From assembly GCF_009914755.1 (NCBI RefSeq), contig NC_060939.1: a DNA stretch of 64,000 bases, one strand, 5' to 3'. Below the pieces are notes generated by a model. That model ran no database searches and was not told the origin of the DNA. It saw only the letters and a list, made by a program, of their open reading frames with translations. Positions 13,967 to 28,883 of the stretch are shown here, piece after piece. A program made the translations under genes and the position numbers. How positions within the stretch are numbered: position 1 is the stretch's first letter; every line of letters begins with the position of its first letter. The DNA comes from the human T2T-CHM13v2.0 reference genome, Homo sapiens.

Positions 13967-14693
13967 TGAGGAATCGCCACACTGACTTCCACAATGGTTG
14001 AACTAGTTTACAGTCCCACCAACAGTGTAAAAGTGTTCCTATTTCTCCACATCCTCTCCAGCACCTGTTGTTTCCTGACTTTTTAATGATTGCCATTCTA
14101 AGGGATCTAGAACTAGAAATACCATTTGACCCAGCCATCCCATTACTGGGTATATACCCAAATGACTATAAATCATGCTGCTATAAAGACACATGCACAC
14201 GTATGTTTATTGCGGCATTATTCACAATAGCAAAGACTTGGAACCAACCCAAATGTCCAACAATGATAGACTGGATTAAGAAAATGTGGCACATATACAC
14301 CATGGAATACTATGCAGCCATAAAAAATGATGAGTTCATGTCCTTTGTAGGGACATGGATGAAATTGGAAACCATCATTCTCAGTAAACTATTGCAAGAA
14401 CAAAAAACCAAACACCGCATATTCTCACTCATAGGTGGGAATTGAACAATGAGATCACATGGTCACAGGAAGGGGAATATCACACTCTGGGGACTGTGGT
14501 GGGGTGGGGGGAGGGGGGAGGGGTAGCATTGGGAGATATACCTAATGCTAGATGACGAGTTGGTGCAGCGCACCAGCATGGCACATGTATACATATGTAA
14601 CTAACCTGCACAATGTGCACATGTACCCTAAAACTTAAAGTATAATAAAAAAAAAAAAGAAACTTACTAAATGACAAAAAAAAAAAAAAAAAG
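13967..14693 (+). mobile_element. 5'-truncated, 5'-inverted L1PA2 with short 3' transduction
   Basis: TSD AAGAAGCTTCCC at 13955-13966 and 14694-14705 at a TT/AAGA site; 13967-14100 is inverted ORF2 sequence; 14101-14658 is sense ORF2 end plus 3'UTR with GAG and A diagnostics. Confidence 0.95.
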
Positions 14694-15269
14694 AAGAAGC
14701 TTCCCATGCAGTGAGGGGCAAGTGTAAACAGGTATGTCTAGTATCTATTAAGGGAGATGATCTCCTCTCTTTCAACTTCTAGACTCTCCTGTGCCTGCCA
14801 TTGTCAGCTAGCAAGTCTGCCCACCATATTGTTTATGAGGATGATTTAAAGCCTATGCCTTCCTCCGTTTTTCCCACTTGCTGTGGATAATAGCCATTTA
14901 TTCAGGGGGTACCTTGAAGAAATAAGAGCATCCCTTTTTCTGCCTCTTGCTTTTGGGCCATTCTTCTTGGCAGCCTTCTCCAGCCAAAGCTCTTTCTCCA
15001 ATGTACTGAGTTTTCTCAGATGGGGGTGGAGGGGACACTCCGCACATCTTGTCCTGGGCCTGCCCCCACCTCCATGCATTATGGGGCAGCCTCCTCCCAA
15101 TAACTTCCTTGGCTTCCACCTCCATGCTTGCCCCTTCTCCTCCTCCCCTGTTGGCTCTGAGGGCCTTATTGGATCCCCGGTCCTGTCCTCTGTCATTCAC
15201 ACTGGGCTCTTTCTCCAGTATGGGGTTTGTTCATTCCCCAAACACACAAGTCCTTTGGTTTTTTGTTTA

Positions 15270-15302
<33 letters not shown>

Positions 15303-17345
15303 GACTCCAGAAGCTTTCCTGTCCACTCAACCAATCATCTTTCCCCAAACCCCGTTACTTATCCAGGTGCTGGTTCCCTGTGTCTGAGCTACCCTAGACC
15401 CGCTGTGTGGCCTTGGTTTGTTGTGAGGGTTGTATAGCATGACTTACGTCCCATCTCAGGTGGGACGATCCAGTAAAAGCCAATTCCCGACTCTTTTCTC
15501 ATCATGCAAGAAAAAAGTGGTTTGGAACTGCCCTGATGTCGGGAGCCAACGTCCTGATGCTTTTATCCACCACCACCTAGAATGTCAGACTGGGGACGGT
15601 AGGGGCACTGCGAACAGATGGTCAAGGTTGCATAAGGAGAGTTTGCGTAAATGTCAGCAGGACAGGAGAGCATATTGGTGATGTTGGTACAGACAGGACA
15701 AGGCTGCAGTGGTGGAGGCTCCTGTCTTGCCCTGTTGGGACCCTCAGAGGCAGCTTTCCTAGGCAGGTTCTGAGAACGTGTCCTCACCACATGTGACTGG
15801 GTGCTGGATTTGGGGTCTGGAGCTACTTCCTTCTAGCATCTCTGGTCCTCATTCCTTGCCAGTGAGTCACTTCCCCTCCCCAGGGATGAGTGCTTTTGTT
15901 TGGGTAGTTGCTTTAGGCTGCGGGAGTTCCAGAGGACAGCGTGTGTAGGAGGGAGGGAGGGAGGGAGGTGGAACTGGCGCCTGCAGTGGGGCCTTCCTGA
16001 ACCCCGACTTGAGAGACTGAGCAGATCCTTGTCTTCTGAGGCATGGGTTCCTCCAGGAGGGGGTCCTCCAGGAGTTCTGGTCAGGCCCTGAGGAGAAGGG
16101 GCAGGAAGGATACTCAGAGGTGGGCCTGTGTGTAAGGGGCGGCAGAATGGTGTCATAGTTCAGGCAGCATGGCATCCCTTCGGCTCAGGGAATCCTTTTC
16201 CACCCTTAGTTTGATGATCCTGACCCTCTGTCTGACCCCACCGTCCTGAGCCTTGGGCCTGCTGCTGCCTCCTCCTGGTGTGTGGGGATGGCCACTTTGG
16301 CCTGAACCAAATCAGGTGACTCATTCAACCTTCCTGTAGGATCTTTGTGGAAGGGAGAGAAGGTGGGGCCTCCATCTCCCAAGGAGCATATGTTCTAACA
16401 GAAACTAGATTGTTAGATTTTTTGTTCACTGTGAAGAAAGGTTATAAATCAACAGGAGCAAACCTCAAAAGGCGGACAGAGCTCCGCAGACAGCACGTGT
16501 GCTCAGCCCTCTCGGTGCACCCTTGCCAGACGGATATTTGGGAACCCTCACTCTTTCCAGGTCCCTCCCTGCTCTACAACCTACAATGGCTCTTTCTTGC
16601 CCATCTTGTCAACATTGGCCTGGCGCCACCTTTCAGGGCCTGAGATAATGTTTGGCTTTGCCTTGGCTTCTAGGTTTAATTCCCCACAATCACAGTTCTA
16701 GGCCTCCGCTGCCCTCTGGTCTTCCAGAATGAGGACTTTTAAACTTTTCTGGCTGGGATCCACAGTAAGAAATACCCTTATTATGCGTGATGAATGCAGG
16801 TATTTTTTTCTCTTATCTTTCATTCTTTTTTACTTATTAAAAAATGCTGTTCGTGACCCAAGAAATTAATTTCATGGCAGACTCATGAGTGGTGACCCCC
16901 AGTTTGAAAAGCAGGGCTGATTTAACACAATACTAATCACGGAAGCTCAAGTAACAGCCAAGAAGAATGGCAGAGCTGGAAACTGCCAGTGCAAGCTCAT
17001 CAGCCGTATCCTGAGGGAGAAGTGACCAATCAAATCTGATAAGAAGTTGGTCCAAAAACATACTAGAGCAGTGGCCTCCAATAATTTTTTTTGATTGCAC
17101 TGATTGTAACAATTTTTACATCAGTAAAAAAATAAGCATACAACTTCAATATATGTCTGGTTATTTATTTTGTTACTATCAGCAGTAAGGTTGCAAATCT
17201 GTTTTCAAAGGTTTTGATAATTTCAGATGTTTTTCCGGTTGACATCTTATCAGATCTGTTCAGGCAGTCTCCTCACTCTGGGGACAACTGCTCTCCCCCA
17301 AACCTTCTTCCTTTCATATTGCCCTTCCTTTCCTGACACAACCAC

Positions 17346-17716
17346 TGTATCAGTCTGTTCTCATACTGCTATAAAGATCTACCCAAGACTGGGTCATTTA
17401 TAAATAAAGGAGATTTAATTGACTCATAGTTCTGCATGGCTGGGGAGGCCTCAGGAAACTTACAATCATGGTGGAAGGGGAAGCAGGCACATCTTACATG
17501 GCGGCAGGTGAGAGAGAACAAGCAAGAGCAGGGAAAGCTACCTTATGAAACCATCAGATCTTGTGGGCACTCGCTCCCTATCACAAGAACAGCATGGGGG
17601 AAATTGCCCCCATGATCCAGTCACTTCCCACCTGGTCCCTCCCTTGACACGTGGGGATTATGGGGATTACAATTCGAGATGAGATTTGGGTGGAGACACA
17701 GAACCAAACATTGTCA
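17346..17716 (-). mobile_element. THE1/MST MaLR solo LTR
   Basis: TG...CA ends; 5-bp TSD ACCAC at 17341-17345 and 17717-17721. Confidence 0.9.
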
Positions 17717-18144
17717 ACCACAAAATCTCCATTTGCTCCTTCTGTCCCCCAGAAATCTGGAGGGAGTTGTCTTTGACACCTCTCTTTCTCTTGTCACCTC
17801 AACCATTCACTTACTGTGTTCTGGGGACTTGACTGCCCAGTAGACAGTCAGCTCTTCCCACCTTCTCCTGCCACATTGCTTCCTTTTTCCTCCCACTCCT
17901 CACAAGAGCCTCCCTCTCCCTGGGATGCTTCCCTCCCCCCTCCACAAGGCCAACTCCTACTCACCCCTCAAGCCACCACGTATAGGCCACTGCCTCAGAG
18001 GGATCTTCTCTGATCACTGCCCAGGGCACTTTCTGAGGCACCTTGGACTTTCATGGCTCTTAATGCAATTTTATTTTTATACTTATTTATGATTTAGTTT
18101 GTTTAAAGAGTGTAGTTCTCCAGCATCGAGGCTGTAATTTCTTG

Positions 18145-18182
18145 GTGTGTGTGTGTGTGAGTGTGTGTGTGTGTGTTTGTGT
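18145..18182. repeat. (GT)n microsatellite
   Basis: Direct reading. Confidence 0.9.
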
Positions 18183-19427
18183 TCAGCACTCAGGCCATAC
18201 AGTCTAGATAAATATTTAATATAACAACCCTATGAGGTAGTTACAAACAGTATCCCTCCCCCCCCCATTTTACAGATGAAGAAAGGTTAATTGCCAAAGG
18301 TCAGCTAGTTAATAAATGTGAATGCTAGCCTCACACCCATTTCTTTCCAATTACAGTGTGCACACTTACCAACAATTCTAGATAGTTGATTTACTATCTC
18401 ATTAGGCTAAGGCTTGAATTTAAGTCCCATCTACCTTGCTTATGCCAGACCATCCCTCTACAGCGATTCTGCTAGTTTGAGTTGTACTTAGGGTCTGAAT
18501 GAACAGTTTACCCTGTGTTGTTCTGGATAATAACACCATCATTTTCCCCATGGTTCATCTCCCAGACCATTCCCACAGCACTGGAGAGGACCTGAGCCTA
18601 CCACCTATTGAGTAAATAATTACTGATTAGTTGATGGTTATCAGGGACTTGGCAAAGACTTCATTTGACTTCCAAGTTAAATCCCCTGACTTGGTGCAGA
18701 CCTGTTCTGCAGCCAAGAGCAAGAAGACCACACCTCTGATTCAAAGGCATTTTAACTGTTCCAATTTGCACTTGTTGGCCTTCTTCCTGGTGGATCTCAG
18801 TGTAATTTCTGACTGAGAGCCAAGAATTTAAGGGTCTTCAATACCAGGAGTAATTTCATGAGTTGCTGATGGCTAATTAGGGATGATTACAGTTAAGAGG
18901 CTTTACTTTCTTAATAACCCGCAGAAAGGGCCTGTGGTAACTTAAAATCTTGATTCTTTTTCCCTGAGAATGGAATTGTCTGGTTCTCATGACTATCTTT
19001 TTGTAAATCCTTGTCCTTTATTTTCCCACCCACATTTTCTGGTGAAAAGGAAGTCTGAAGTCTCTGGAAGAAACAAGAAAATAATGATCTTAGAGAACTC
19101 CACCTTTATTAGAAAGGATCCCTGGCCCACCTTGGAACCTTGCTTCATTTGTCTTTCCCTTCAAGGAGTTGCAGCAGGAGAGGAGACTGGGCCATGTTCT
19201 GTTTTATTCTCTAAGTTTTACTACGTTGCAACCAACCCGCCCATCCTGGGCTTTCTGTTGCTATTCATAACTTGCCTTTGAAACTATTGGCTCACTTGAC
19301 AATTTTTAGAAATTTTGTTTAGTGAGGGCTTCTGAATGAAGTAGTATTTATGGGCGAGAGATTTTACCTCCATGTTTTCACTGTGACAACGTATTTTAAG
19401 TGTTGTTTGACCTCTTCTTGCATCACC

Positions 19428-19851
19428 ATATTAGTTCATTTTGCATTGCTATAAAGGAATGCTTAAGACTGGGTAATTTATAGAAAGGTTTATTTGGCTC
19501 CCAGTTCTGCAGGCTGTACAAGAAGCATGGTGCTGGCTGGCATCTGCTTCTGGTGAGGACCTCAGGAAGCTTTCAATCATGGTGGAGAAGGAAGGGCAGC
19601 CAGTGTGTCACACGGCAAGAGAGGGAGTGAGAGAGAAGGGAGGAGGTGCCAGACTCCTTTTAGGCTCTTTTTAACAATCAGATCTCACCCTAACTAATAG
19701 AGTGAGAACTCACTCATTACCACAAGGAGGGCATCAGGGCATTCATGAGGGACCCACCCGCATGACCAGACACCTCCAATGGACCCCACCTCCAATACTG
19801 GGAATCAGTTTTCGGCATGAGATTGGAAGAGGACAAGTATCCAAACTCTCA
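19428..19851 (-). mobile_element. MSTB-like MaLR solo LTR
   Basis: ttgcattgctataaaggaat...actgggtaatttata...catgagattggaagaggacaa motifs. Confidence 0.8.
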
Positions 19852-19972
19852 GTATCATCAGAGCAACCATTTACTGAGGGTGACGCTGCCCCAGCCACAG
19901 TCTAAGCATGTCACATGCGTTCCCTCATTTAATCTTTATAACAACCTGCAGGAGTTCTTTAGACAGTATTTT

Positions 19973-20331
19973 CTAAATAAGTTTTATTGAGATATAATTT
20001 ATTTCCCATACGTTTCACAATTTCGTGTACAATTCAGTAGTTTTTGGTATATTCGCAGGGTTGTACAACCATCACCACAATCTAATTTTAGAACACATTT
20101 ATTACTCCAGGAAGAAACACTGTACCCTCCCATGAACTCCTCCCAACCCCCAATCCCTGGCAACCAACGAATCTACTTTCTGTCTCTATAGATTTGCCTA
20201 TTCTAGGCATTACCTATAAATGGAATCATATAATGCATGCTATTTTTGTATCTGACTCTTTTCACTTAATATAATGTTTTCAAGGTTCATCCCCATTGTA
20301 GCGTGTATGAGTACTTTATTTCTTTTTGTTG
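19973..20331 (-). mobile_element. L1MB 3'-end fragment inserted in a MIR
   Basis: ttttattgagatataatt...caaccatcaccacaatctaattttagaac; near-TSD TTAGACA(GT/ATA)ATTTT on both sides. Confidence 0.75.
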
Positions 20332-20731
20332 TTAGACAATATTTTTACTCAACTTGCACTGTTAGGGAAACCAAGACACATGAATGTGACATGACATCTA
20401 TGGTCAAATAGCCTGTAATAGATGGGGCTGGATTTCCAGCACAAGTGTGCCTAGCACCAGCTCCCCTGTTAGCTCAGAGTCTGAGGTGATCGTTCTGATA
20501 GTAATTTACTGAACATCTTCTGTGGGTCAGGCACTGTGCTGGTTGTCTTGTAAACTTGTTACCTCATGTTCATAAATAATCAGATTTCAGTTGGGAAATC
20601 CTGGGAACCATAACTGGGCACTTTTGTTTTAGTATCTTCCATTTGCTCATTTCTGGTTTTGTTGACCGAGTTACGCTTCTAGAATCTTCCTAAGTAAATG
20701 TTGCTAAAAATAACATTGTTCATTTCCATAG

Positions 20732-20839
20732 GACTTGAACGCAACTCCCAATTGCAGAAAATTGGCAACGTCTCTGAAGAGCCCTTGCTTTTGCCTGGAC
20801 CCCCAGCATCATGGTTTCCCATTTCATGGGGTCTCTCAG
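20732..20839 (+). other. THSD4: THSD4 start-codon exon (79 nt 5'UTR + 29 nt CDS)
   Basis: Acceptor ttgttcatttccatAG at 20730-20731; donor CAG|GTAAGT with intron from 20840; ATG at 20811 in strong Kozak context (gcAtcATGG). Confidence 0.93.
20811..20839 (+). CDS. THSD4: THSD4/ADAMTSL6 first coding segment MVSHFMGSL(S), phase 2
   Basis: Translation matches the recalled THSD4 N-terminus and joins in frame to 34146 (AG+T = Ser). Confidence 0.95.
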
Positions 20840-21104
20840 GTAAGTGAAGAAACTTTTTTTAAAAAAACAGGAGAATAAGAAATTTGATATTTGCATTTTA
20901 CTCTGTCATTTCTTAAAGTAAGTGATCTTAAGGGTCTGCAGCTGACTGATATTTTTGATATAATACGTCCACTTGTGTAAAAGTTTGCTATTCAGAAGGG
21001 CCTCCAAGGCCTTGGGAGCTGTGTGCTGTGCTGAGTGGCTTGGGGTCGAAGTCAATCTACTATCTTCTGGGAGACCTTCTGTAGGCTTCAAGAAAATTTT
21101 TTTA

Positions 21105-21320
21105 GGCCGGATGCAGTGGCTTACACCTGTAATCCCAGCATTTTGGGAGGCTGAGGCAGGCAGATCACCTGAGGTCAGGAGTTCAAGACCACTCTGGCCA
21201 ACGTGGTGAAACCCCATCTCTATTAAAAATACAAAATTAGCTGGGCATGGCGGCAGGCACCTGTAATACCAGCTATTGGAGAGGCTGAGGCGGGAGAATC
21301 ACTTGAACCCTGGAGGTGGG
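21105..21320 (+). mobile_element. AluS, 3'-truncated (no end of right arm, no tail)
   Basis: Alu match stops at cttgaaccctggaggtgg. Confidence 0.9.
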
Positions 21321-22960
21321 GTCAGATCAATGTATATTTACCGTGGTTGCATAATACAATTTTCTAAAGAACTTAAAAAAATTGTTCTCTGGTTGCAACG
21401 CCATAGATTTTGACTGAATCTGGTATTTTAAAATGGTGCTCTCTCTTGTCCCTTATGTACAAAACATTTTTGACTTTCACCTGCGTTTTAAAATTCAATC
21501 TTTATATCAACCATGCGTGGCAAGTTGAGTAAGTACTATTATCCCTTTTGTGTAGATCAGAAAACCAATGCTCAGAGAGCTTACATCATGGCTGTCACCT
21601 TCCTTTATGTGCAGAGTTAGAATAAGGGCTCTGAGCATTGCAACTGTAGTCCATGTTATCGAAGTTGTTTTCAAACTTTTTAAAAAGGCTGACAGAGCCT
21701 TTTAAAAATTCTTCAATCAAAATCCTATGCAAAATCTCAATATATAAAATAGACAATGACAGTATTTTATTAATATAAATTTACTTTATAAGTTTAAATT
21801 TATAATATTTATACATTATGAGATCAATGCATTAATTTTGATAAATACCGACATTTGAAATCAGGATTTATGGTTGGCAGCTTAAATATCTGCCCAAGCA
21901 TCTAGTTTATTTTGCAGCTGTTTTAGCTGTGTAGCATTAAGAAAATCCTAACCCATTACAGGTAAGTACTTGCAATTGGTAACAATTCTGTGATGAAGCT
22001 CATCTTACTATTTTAGGATACTATTTAAATAAATTGACTGAGAATCTGGAATGAGGGGAAGGAAGAACGTTTTGTTTCCAAGTTGAATCATTATGATATC
22101 TTGTAGTCTTTTTTCCATACCTGTACATTAGTCCCACATGCCTAGAACTTATAACAGAAAGTAAAATGGTCTGTAATATATAGCATATTACATATGATGG
22201 TGCCACAGGTGGTTGGCCAACCAGGGCTAGAGCATTTGCCAAGCAGATGCCCTTGGGCTAATGCCTGGCATTTAACTGAGTGCAGTGCATGTGTGTGAGC
22301 TTTAGTATGTAGTTGCTTGTATAATTTTACATGGGCAGACGTGTGCAGGCCTGCAATCCAAATACCCGCAGAGAACTACAAACCTCTTTATCAATGACAT
22401 ATTCACATGCATGTCAGATATGGTCAGAAAAGAAAGAAAAAGCTTCATTCTGAAGGCTGTATGATATTGAGCCACGAGGAGGACAGCCCAAATTAACGTT
22501 TGGTGATCTCTTCAGGATAGAAGTTGGCATCTAGTACAAATTAGCATGTGTGCTTTTTTAAAACTATAGTTTAAAAAAGAGTTTAAAAGATATTTCAAGA
22601 CATGAAATATGCATCTAGTTTGTGGAAGTTCCAAAATACTGTTATAAAACTATAGGGTAGTGAGAAATGCAGTTGGCCCACAGGGTCATTGTAGGACCAT
22701 GGCATTTTAAGCACCCAGGACCCCATGTAGGACAAAGAAGTGGAGGTCACAGTCGGTTATTGAACTTATTCGAAAAGGGCAAGCAGATTATGAAAGGTAG
22801 GTTCGCCATGTGCTAAGCTTGTGTAAGTCTGGCTGTCGTCAAAAAGGCCCCTAAAAGTGCTTGAGGACCCTCAAAAATGTGGCCACCCAGGCTGCACAGG
22901 CAGGGAGTTTCTTGGGAGGAAATCCCTTTTGCAAAGTTTTTTCTTAATGTCTTGGATTTT

Positions 22961-22974
22961 TTTCTTTCTTTTTT

Positions 22975-23005
<31 letters not shown>

Positions 23006-23126
23006 AAGAGACAGGATTTTGCTTATCACCCAGGCTGGAGTACAGTGGCGCAATCATAGCTCACTGTAACCTTGAACTTCTGGGCTCAAGCGATCCTCCA
23101 CCTCTGCCTCCCAAGTACGAATAGCC
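22961..23126 (-). mobile_element. AluJ right-arm fragment
   Basis: Long T-tail plus right monomer; near-TSD ATGTCYTGGAWTTT. Confidence 0.8.
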
Positions 23127-25094
23127 ATGTCCTGGAATTTTAATTAATGCCCCTGCAAACAGTCTCCTGTAATGATCTGAGCAGGGTGTGTGGTATGGAG
23201 ATCATCTCCCTTTGCGGGAGGCCTGGGGAACTCACCTCTAAACTGTGCATTATTTCAAGGAAATTGCCCACAGAAGGGAAATTAGCAGGATGGGAGTAGT
23301 TGAAAGCTAGATGCTACCCTTGTGGTGGAGCTCTGGAAGCCTTGACAGGCCTCCAGCACGAGAGTCCTGCTGCAGGGATTGTTTGAACAGAGCTGCTCAG
23401 CGGGACATTTTGCCAAGAATTCTGCTGTCAATACTAGAGGAAGAAAATGTGAATTATGAGGACAGCTGATTCTTTAGGAGATCTCAGCTTGAGATTCCCA
23501 TCAAACTCCCTTCTTCATAAACCAGGTGCACATCAACCATTTTGCATCCCTGTTTTTAGGGCCATGTAAATATATTTTTAAGAGAAAAAGAAGCAAAAGT
23601 AGAGTGTCTTCTGTTTAAATGCTTTTCAGAATGTTATGGGGAAAAGGGCTGTGGGTTACTTGAAGCGTGAGAGGTCTTTGACAAAAGTGGTAGATGAGAA
23701 GCACACACAGACGCACACACATGTGAAGGGATTTTTAATATTTATCAAGGCAACTAAATACATAAAGATCAATTGGAGAAGCTGGAGAATTTCTCTACCT
23801 TAAGAGAAAACAGGTTAAAATTAGGAATTAGCTGCCAAGAAAATCCCTGAAAGAACATTTAAGGGGAATCACAACTCTGATACACAGAGATTTCATTTAA
23901 AAACCCCTCCCCATTTTTTGCCAAGCCACAGAGAAACAGAAAACCAGCTTCCTTCTCATTGAAGGAGACAGAGAAGCCTTGGGCATTAACATCGCAAGAG
24001 TATCTCTGCCTTGCTCAGAGTGTGTAGTAATAAAAAGAATCACAGTTAAACCTAGTAGCAGAGGAGGCACTAAGATTCTAACTCTCGATGGATCTGGTTG
24101 GGAATTATCATTGAATCTTGGACAAGCTCTGGATGCCATGTAAAATTCAGGGCAATGAAAGTCCATGTGGACCAAAGTGTAGGCTAATCCTTAATGAGGA
24201 ATGTTTGTCACCTGTTAAAAATTAGAAAGGAAATGGCACTAAATGATACAGAATTATTTATGTTTCTTAAAGACTTGCTCCAAATTATGCACTTTTTTTT
24301 TTTTGGATGCACAATTACATCTTTATTTGTTTGTTCAGTGAGTGATAGGAAGGAAACATAATTTTGTCCCTAGAACAGTACAATAAATGCTGATGGCTAC
24401 CTGACCTGGCCAGCCAACAAAATCTCTGGAGCCAGTCTGCTTGACCAGGTGCTTCTTCCTTTACTTCAAGGAGTGCTTTTGTATGGTTGACGTATTTTAT
24501 ATTTCAAGTGAAAGCAAAGAGAAAAACAGAACTATCAAATGCCAAACAAGTAGTGAAACTGGCAGGAAATAAAATTGATTTTGGTGATTTTTATTTTGAA
24601 CAGTAGTTTTTGAAGAATTACAGATGTAATGAGAGTGATTACAGAGTTAGAAGGTGATTTTTATAGATCTTATGAGGGAGACTTCTGGATTATTTTAAGG
24701 GTTTTATAGGTTGATGGCCCTAGGTCAAGTGTCTGGTTTTAGTCTTCTGAAACGTAAAGTTTTTCTTTTCCTTGATGCATACTTCAGTAAAGTATTATTA
24801 CTTTAATGCCTGTCAGCTACTGCACTTAGAAATACAACCAAAAGGGTTGAGGAAATGAGAAAGAGAAAGGTGGCTGTTCTTAGGAGTAATTGAAAAAGAT
24901 CCTGAATACAGAAAGGAAGAAAGGGGTTAAGAAAACGTGTTTTTATGTGTGAGAAAGAGAATGCCCCAAGTAGTGATATTTAAGGTACAATTGATCAGTG
25001 AAAACTGAAATTTCCCTTGGGGGTAAAGAAATATGTAATAATTGTGTGGGGTCATGGAGTCGATCAGTGTCCCTGTGCCAGTGATCAGGAAATG

Positions 25095-25195
25095 GGGAGA
25101 AAGAGGTTGGGGAGGAGGGAGTGGAGGAAGGAGAGGGAAGGAGAAGGAGGAGGAGCAGGAGGAGGAGGGGAAGAGGAGCAAAGGGAAGGGGAGGC
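25095..25195. repeat. GGA-rich polypurine tract
   Basis: Direct reading. Confidence 0.8.
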
Positions 25196-26364
25196 CAGGC
25201 CTGGATCACAAGTATTAAACTTCATGGTATTAATAAGGCAGGCCAGAATTTGTGTAACTGACATCTAAACTACTACTTGGTTAATGCTTAATAAATATTT
25301 GTTGAAGAGTAAATGAATAAATTAATAACTACCTTTTATGTACAACAGATAAGGTTGAAATTTTCTCTTTCCTGACCAGGATAGTTAGCTAGTTAATTAC
25401 AAAAGTAGGGTGAAGCATGGAAATCAAACAAATAACACACACACACACCTTCAACAGTTTACTTTTAACTTAAAACACATGTACATCCATTCACCAGTTT
25501 TTGATTTGGGGCCATGGGCCTTTCTTTGCTCATGAACCCGATTGTCTTTCTTGCACAAACCACACCCATAAGCATTATGTGAGGTTTCCATTTGGGTTTC
25601 TTTAAAGTGCAGTGAGAATATAAAGACATTTGCAAAGCAGTCTGAGTACCAGAATGATTCTGGATTTTTATTATTTTTGCCCCTAATCATTTGCAGTTGT
25701 CTCATCCACACCTAATTTGCCAGTAGTTTTTTTTTTTTTTTTTTAATCTTGGCTGCTTGCCTTTATTGAAACTTTCCAAAGCAATTAACTTCATTTTTGT
25801 AGAAACAACTAACAAATGTTCTTTCTTCTTGTGCTTGCTTTCATGGGTTTGTGTACTATTTGAATACTTATGTCACTACAAAGCAATAGCAACTGGCATA
25901 AACAGGTGTGGAAACATGGTTGACACTATATGAACACAGTACATCTGGGGGGTGCAGAAGTGTGCAAGTGTCCAGGGAAGAATCGGCCGCAGTCTTGTCT
26001 GTGGGAAGCCCGGGAGGAGCCATCTGAGTGGTAGGCATAGAGGCTAGGAGGAAATAAAATAGATTTTTGGAGGACTGCCCTGGCAAACCCCCATCTGTAA
26101 AATGACGGCAAGCATTCAGACAGTATTGATTTTTCTTTATGCCTGGCACAGCCCTGTACCTGGATCCTGTCCTCATCACTCACTCCTTGACTGTGGGATT
26201 TGCTAGAACATTCTGTACCCAAAAAGGCTCAATGGAGTCAAGGTGTGATCACTGGGCTGCCAATTACCCATTCCTTATATCTCTAAGTGTATTTTTATGC
26301 CTTGGGTTAACATTGACCCCTCCTCTTCCTGCCAGGGATTAGAACCAGTAATTCCAATTTGTAG

Positions 26365-26722
<358 letters not shown>

Positions 26723-26968
26723 ACAGCAACACGTTCTTTAGTGACTGATATTTCCTCCCTCCTCTCTTTCTCCTTTTCTTCCTTCACTTTATTCTATCCT
26801 TCCATTCTTTTATTCAGTTGATATTTATTAGTCTTGAGGATGGGTCAAGATTATGCGGATTGTTTTGTTTGCTGCAAAGGTGTATCAGAAACCATTTCTT
26901 CAAGAAACCTGCCACTGAGGAGGGAAATTTACCAAAGCGTGTTGTGTCTTTAAAAGCTGTGCTGTGTA

Positions 26969-27299
<331 letters not shown>

Positions 27300-28261
27300 T
27301 CACATTGCCAGAAGTACTGGTCGAGAAAATACAAATGGCTGCAAGACCTGAGAACCTGGAAACAAGCAATAAAAACCAATTTGCAGTTAAAATATGTGTC
27401 CTTAAGTCCATGCTCTATAATGGAAATATTTCACTCTGCGCGAGCCAGGCAGGCCTTTTCCCGGGGCCTGTTGGTCTTGGTTTGGCTGCAGCTTAGTTAT
27501 CTGAATGTTTCCAAGACCAAGGCAGATCCAGAGGGAGCCCAGTTAAGAGGACACAGGGTCACTGACAGTACAGTAAACAACACCTGATAGCAGGAAGGAG
27601 ACAACTAAGTGCCAACCAGATTCAGAAAGCCCTAGGTGTCTGGAGTTCTCAAGCCGAAGGCTGCTGTGCGCCGAAGACCTCCACCTTGGGCTGCACAAAT
27701 TGATTGATATTCACCTTGGTGCCTCTGAGCCATCTAAGAAAGGTTTCTTAAGCTCAGATGAATTTGTGTAAGAAAACAGAGAAAATAAATAGAATGCATT
27801 TTTTTTTTAAGTTTGGGATTTATATGGTCAGCTTCATTTATTTTGAAATTTAGAATATCCTCTGGTGGGACTGGATGAATGCAGCTTTATTGCGTCCACC
27901 TAGTTTCTGATGATTCTTGCAAGCAGTGGCAGAAAATAAAGGAGGCTGTGAAGCCACCAGGCTTCCCCACCTCATACAGAGTGAGGAAGAAAGTGGATGT
28001 AATCAGATGGCAAATGCTTGTTTTGTAAAAATGTGTTGTGTCCTAATGAGGCCCCGCAGCACAGTGGTTAAGAGTCCAGGCCAAGGGTCTGACCGCCTGT
28101 GTTAGAAATCAGGCTTTGCCACTTAGTAGGTATGTGTGGCTGTTTGGTAAATGACTTAGTCTCTCTTTGCCTCAAATTCCTCACCTGCAAAATGGGTATA
28201 ATAAAAGTGTCTGATAGGATGGTTATGAAGTACTACTTGTGAGTGCTGAGATCAATGGTAG

Positions 28262-28883
<622 letters not shown>

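Noticed and set aside
14068-14445. 125-aa ORF spanning the L1 inversion junction
   Set aside because: Chance fusion of antisense L1 to the ORF2 C-terminus, with a TTG start and no promoter.
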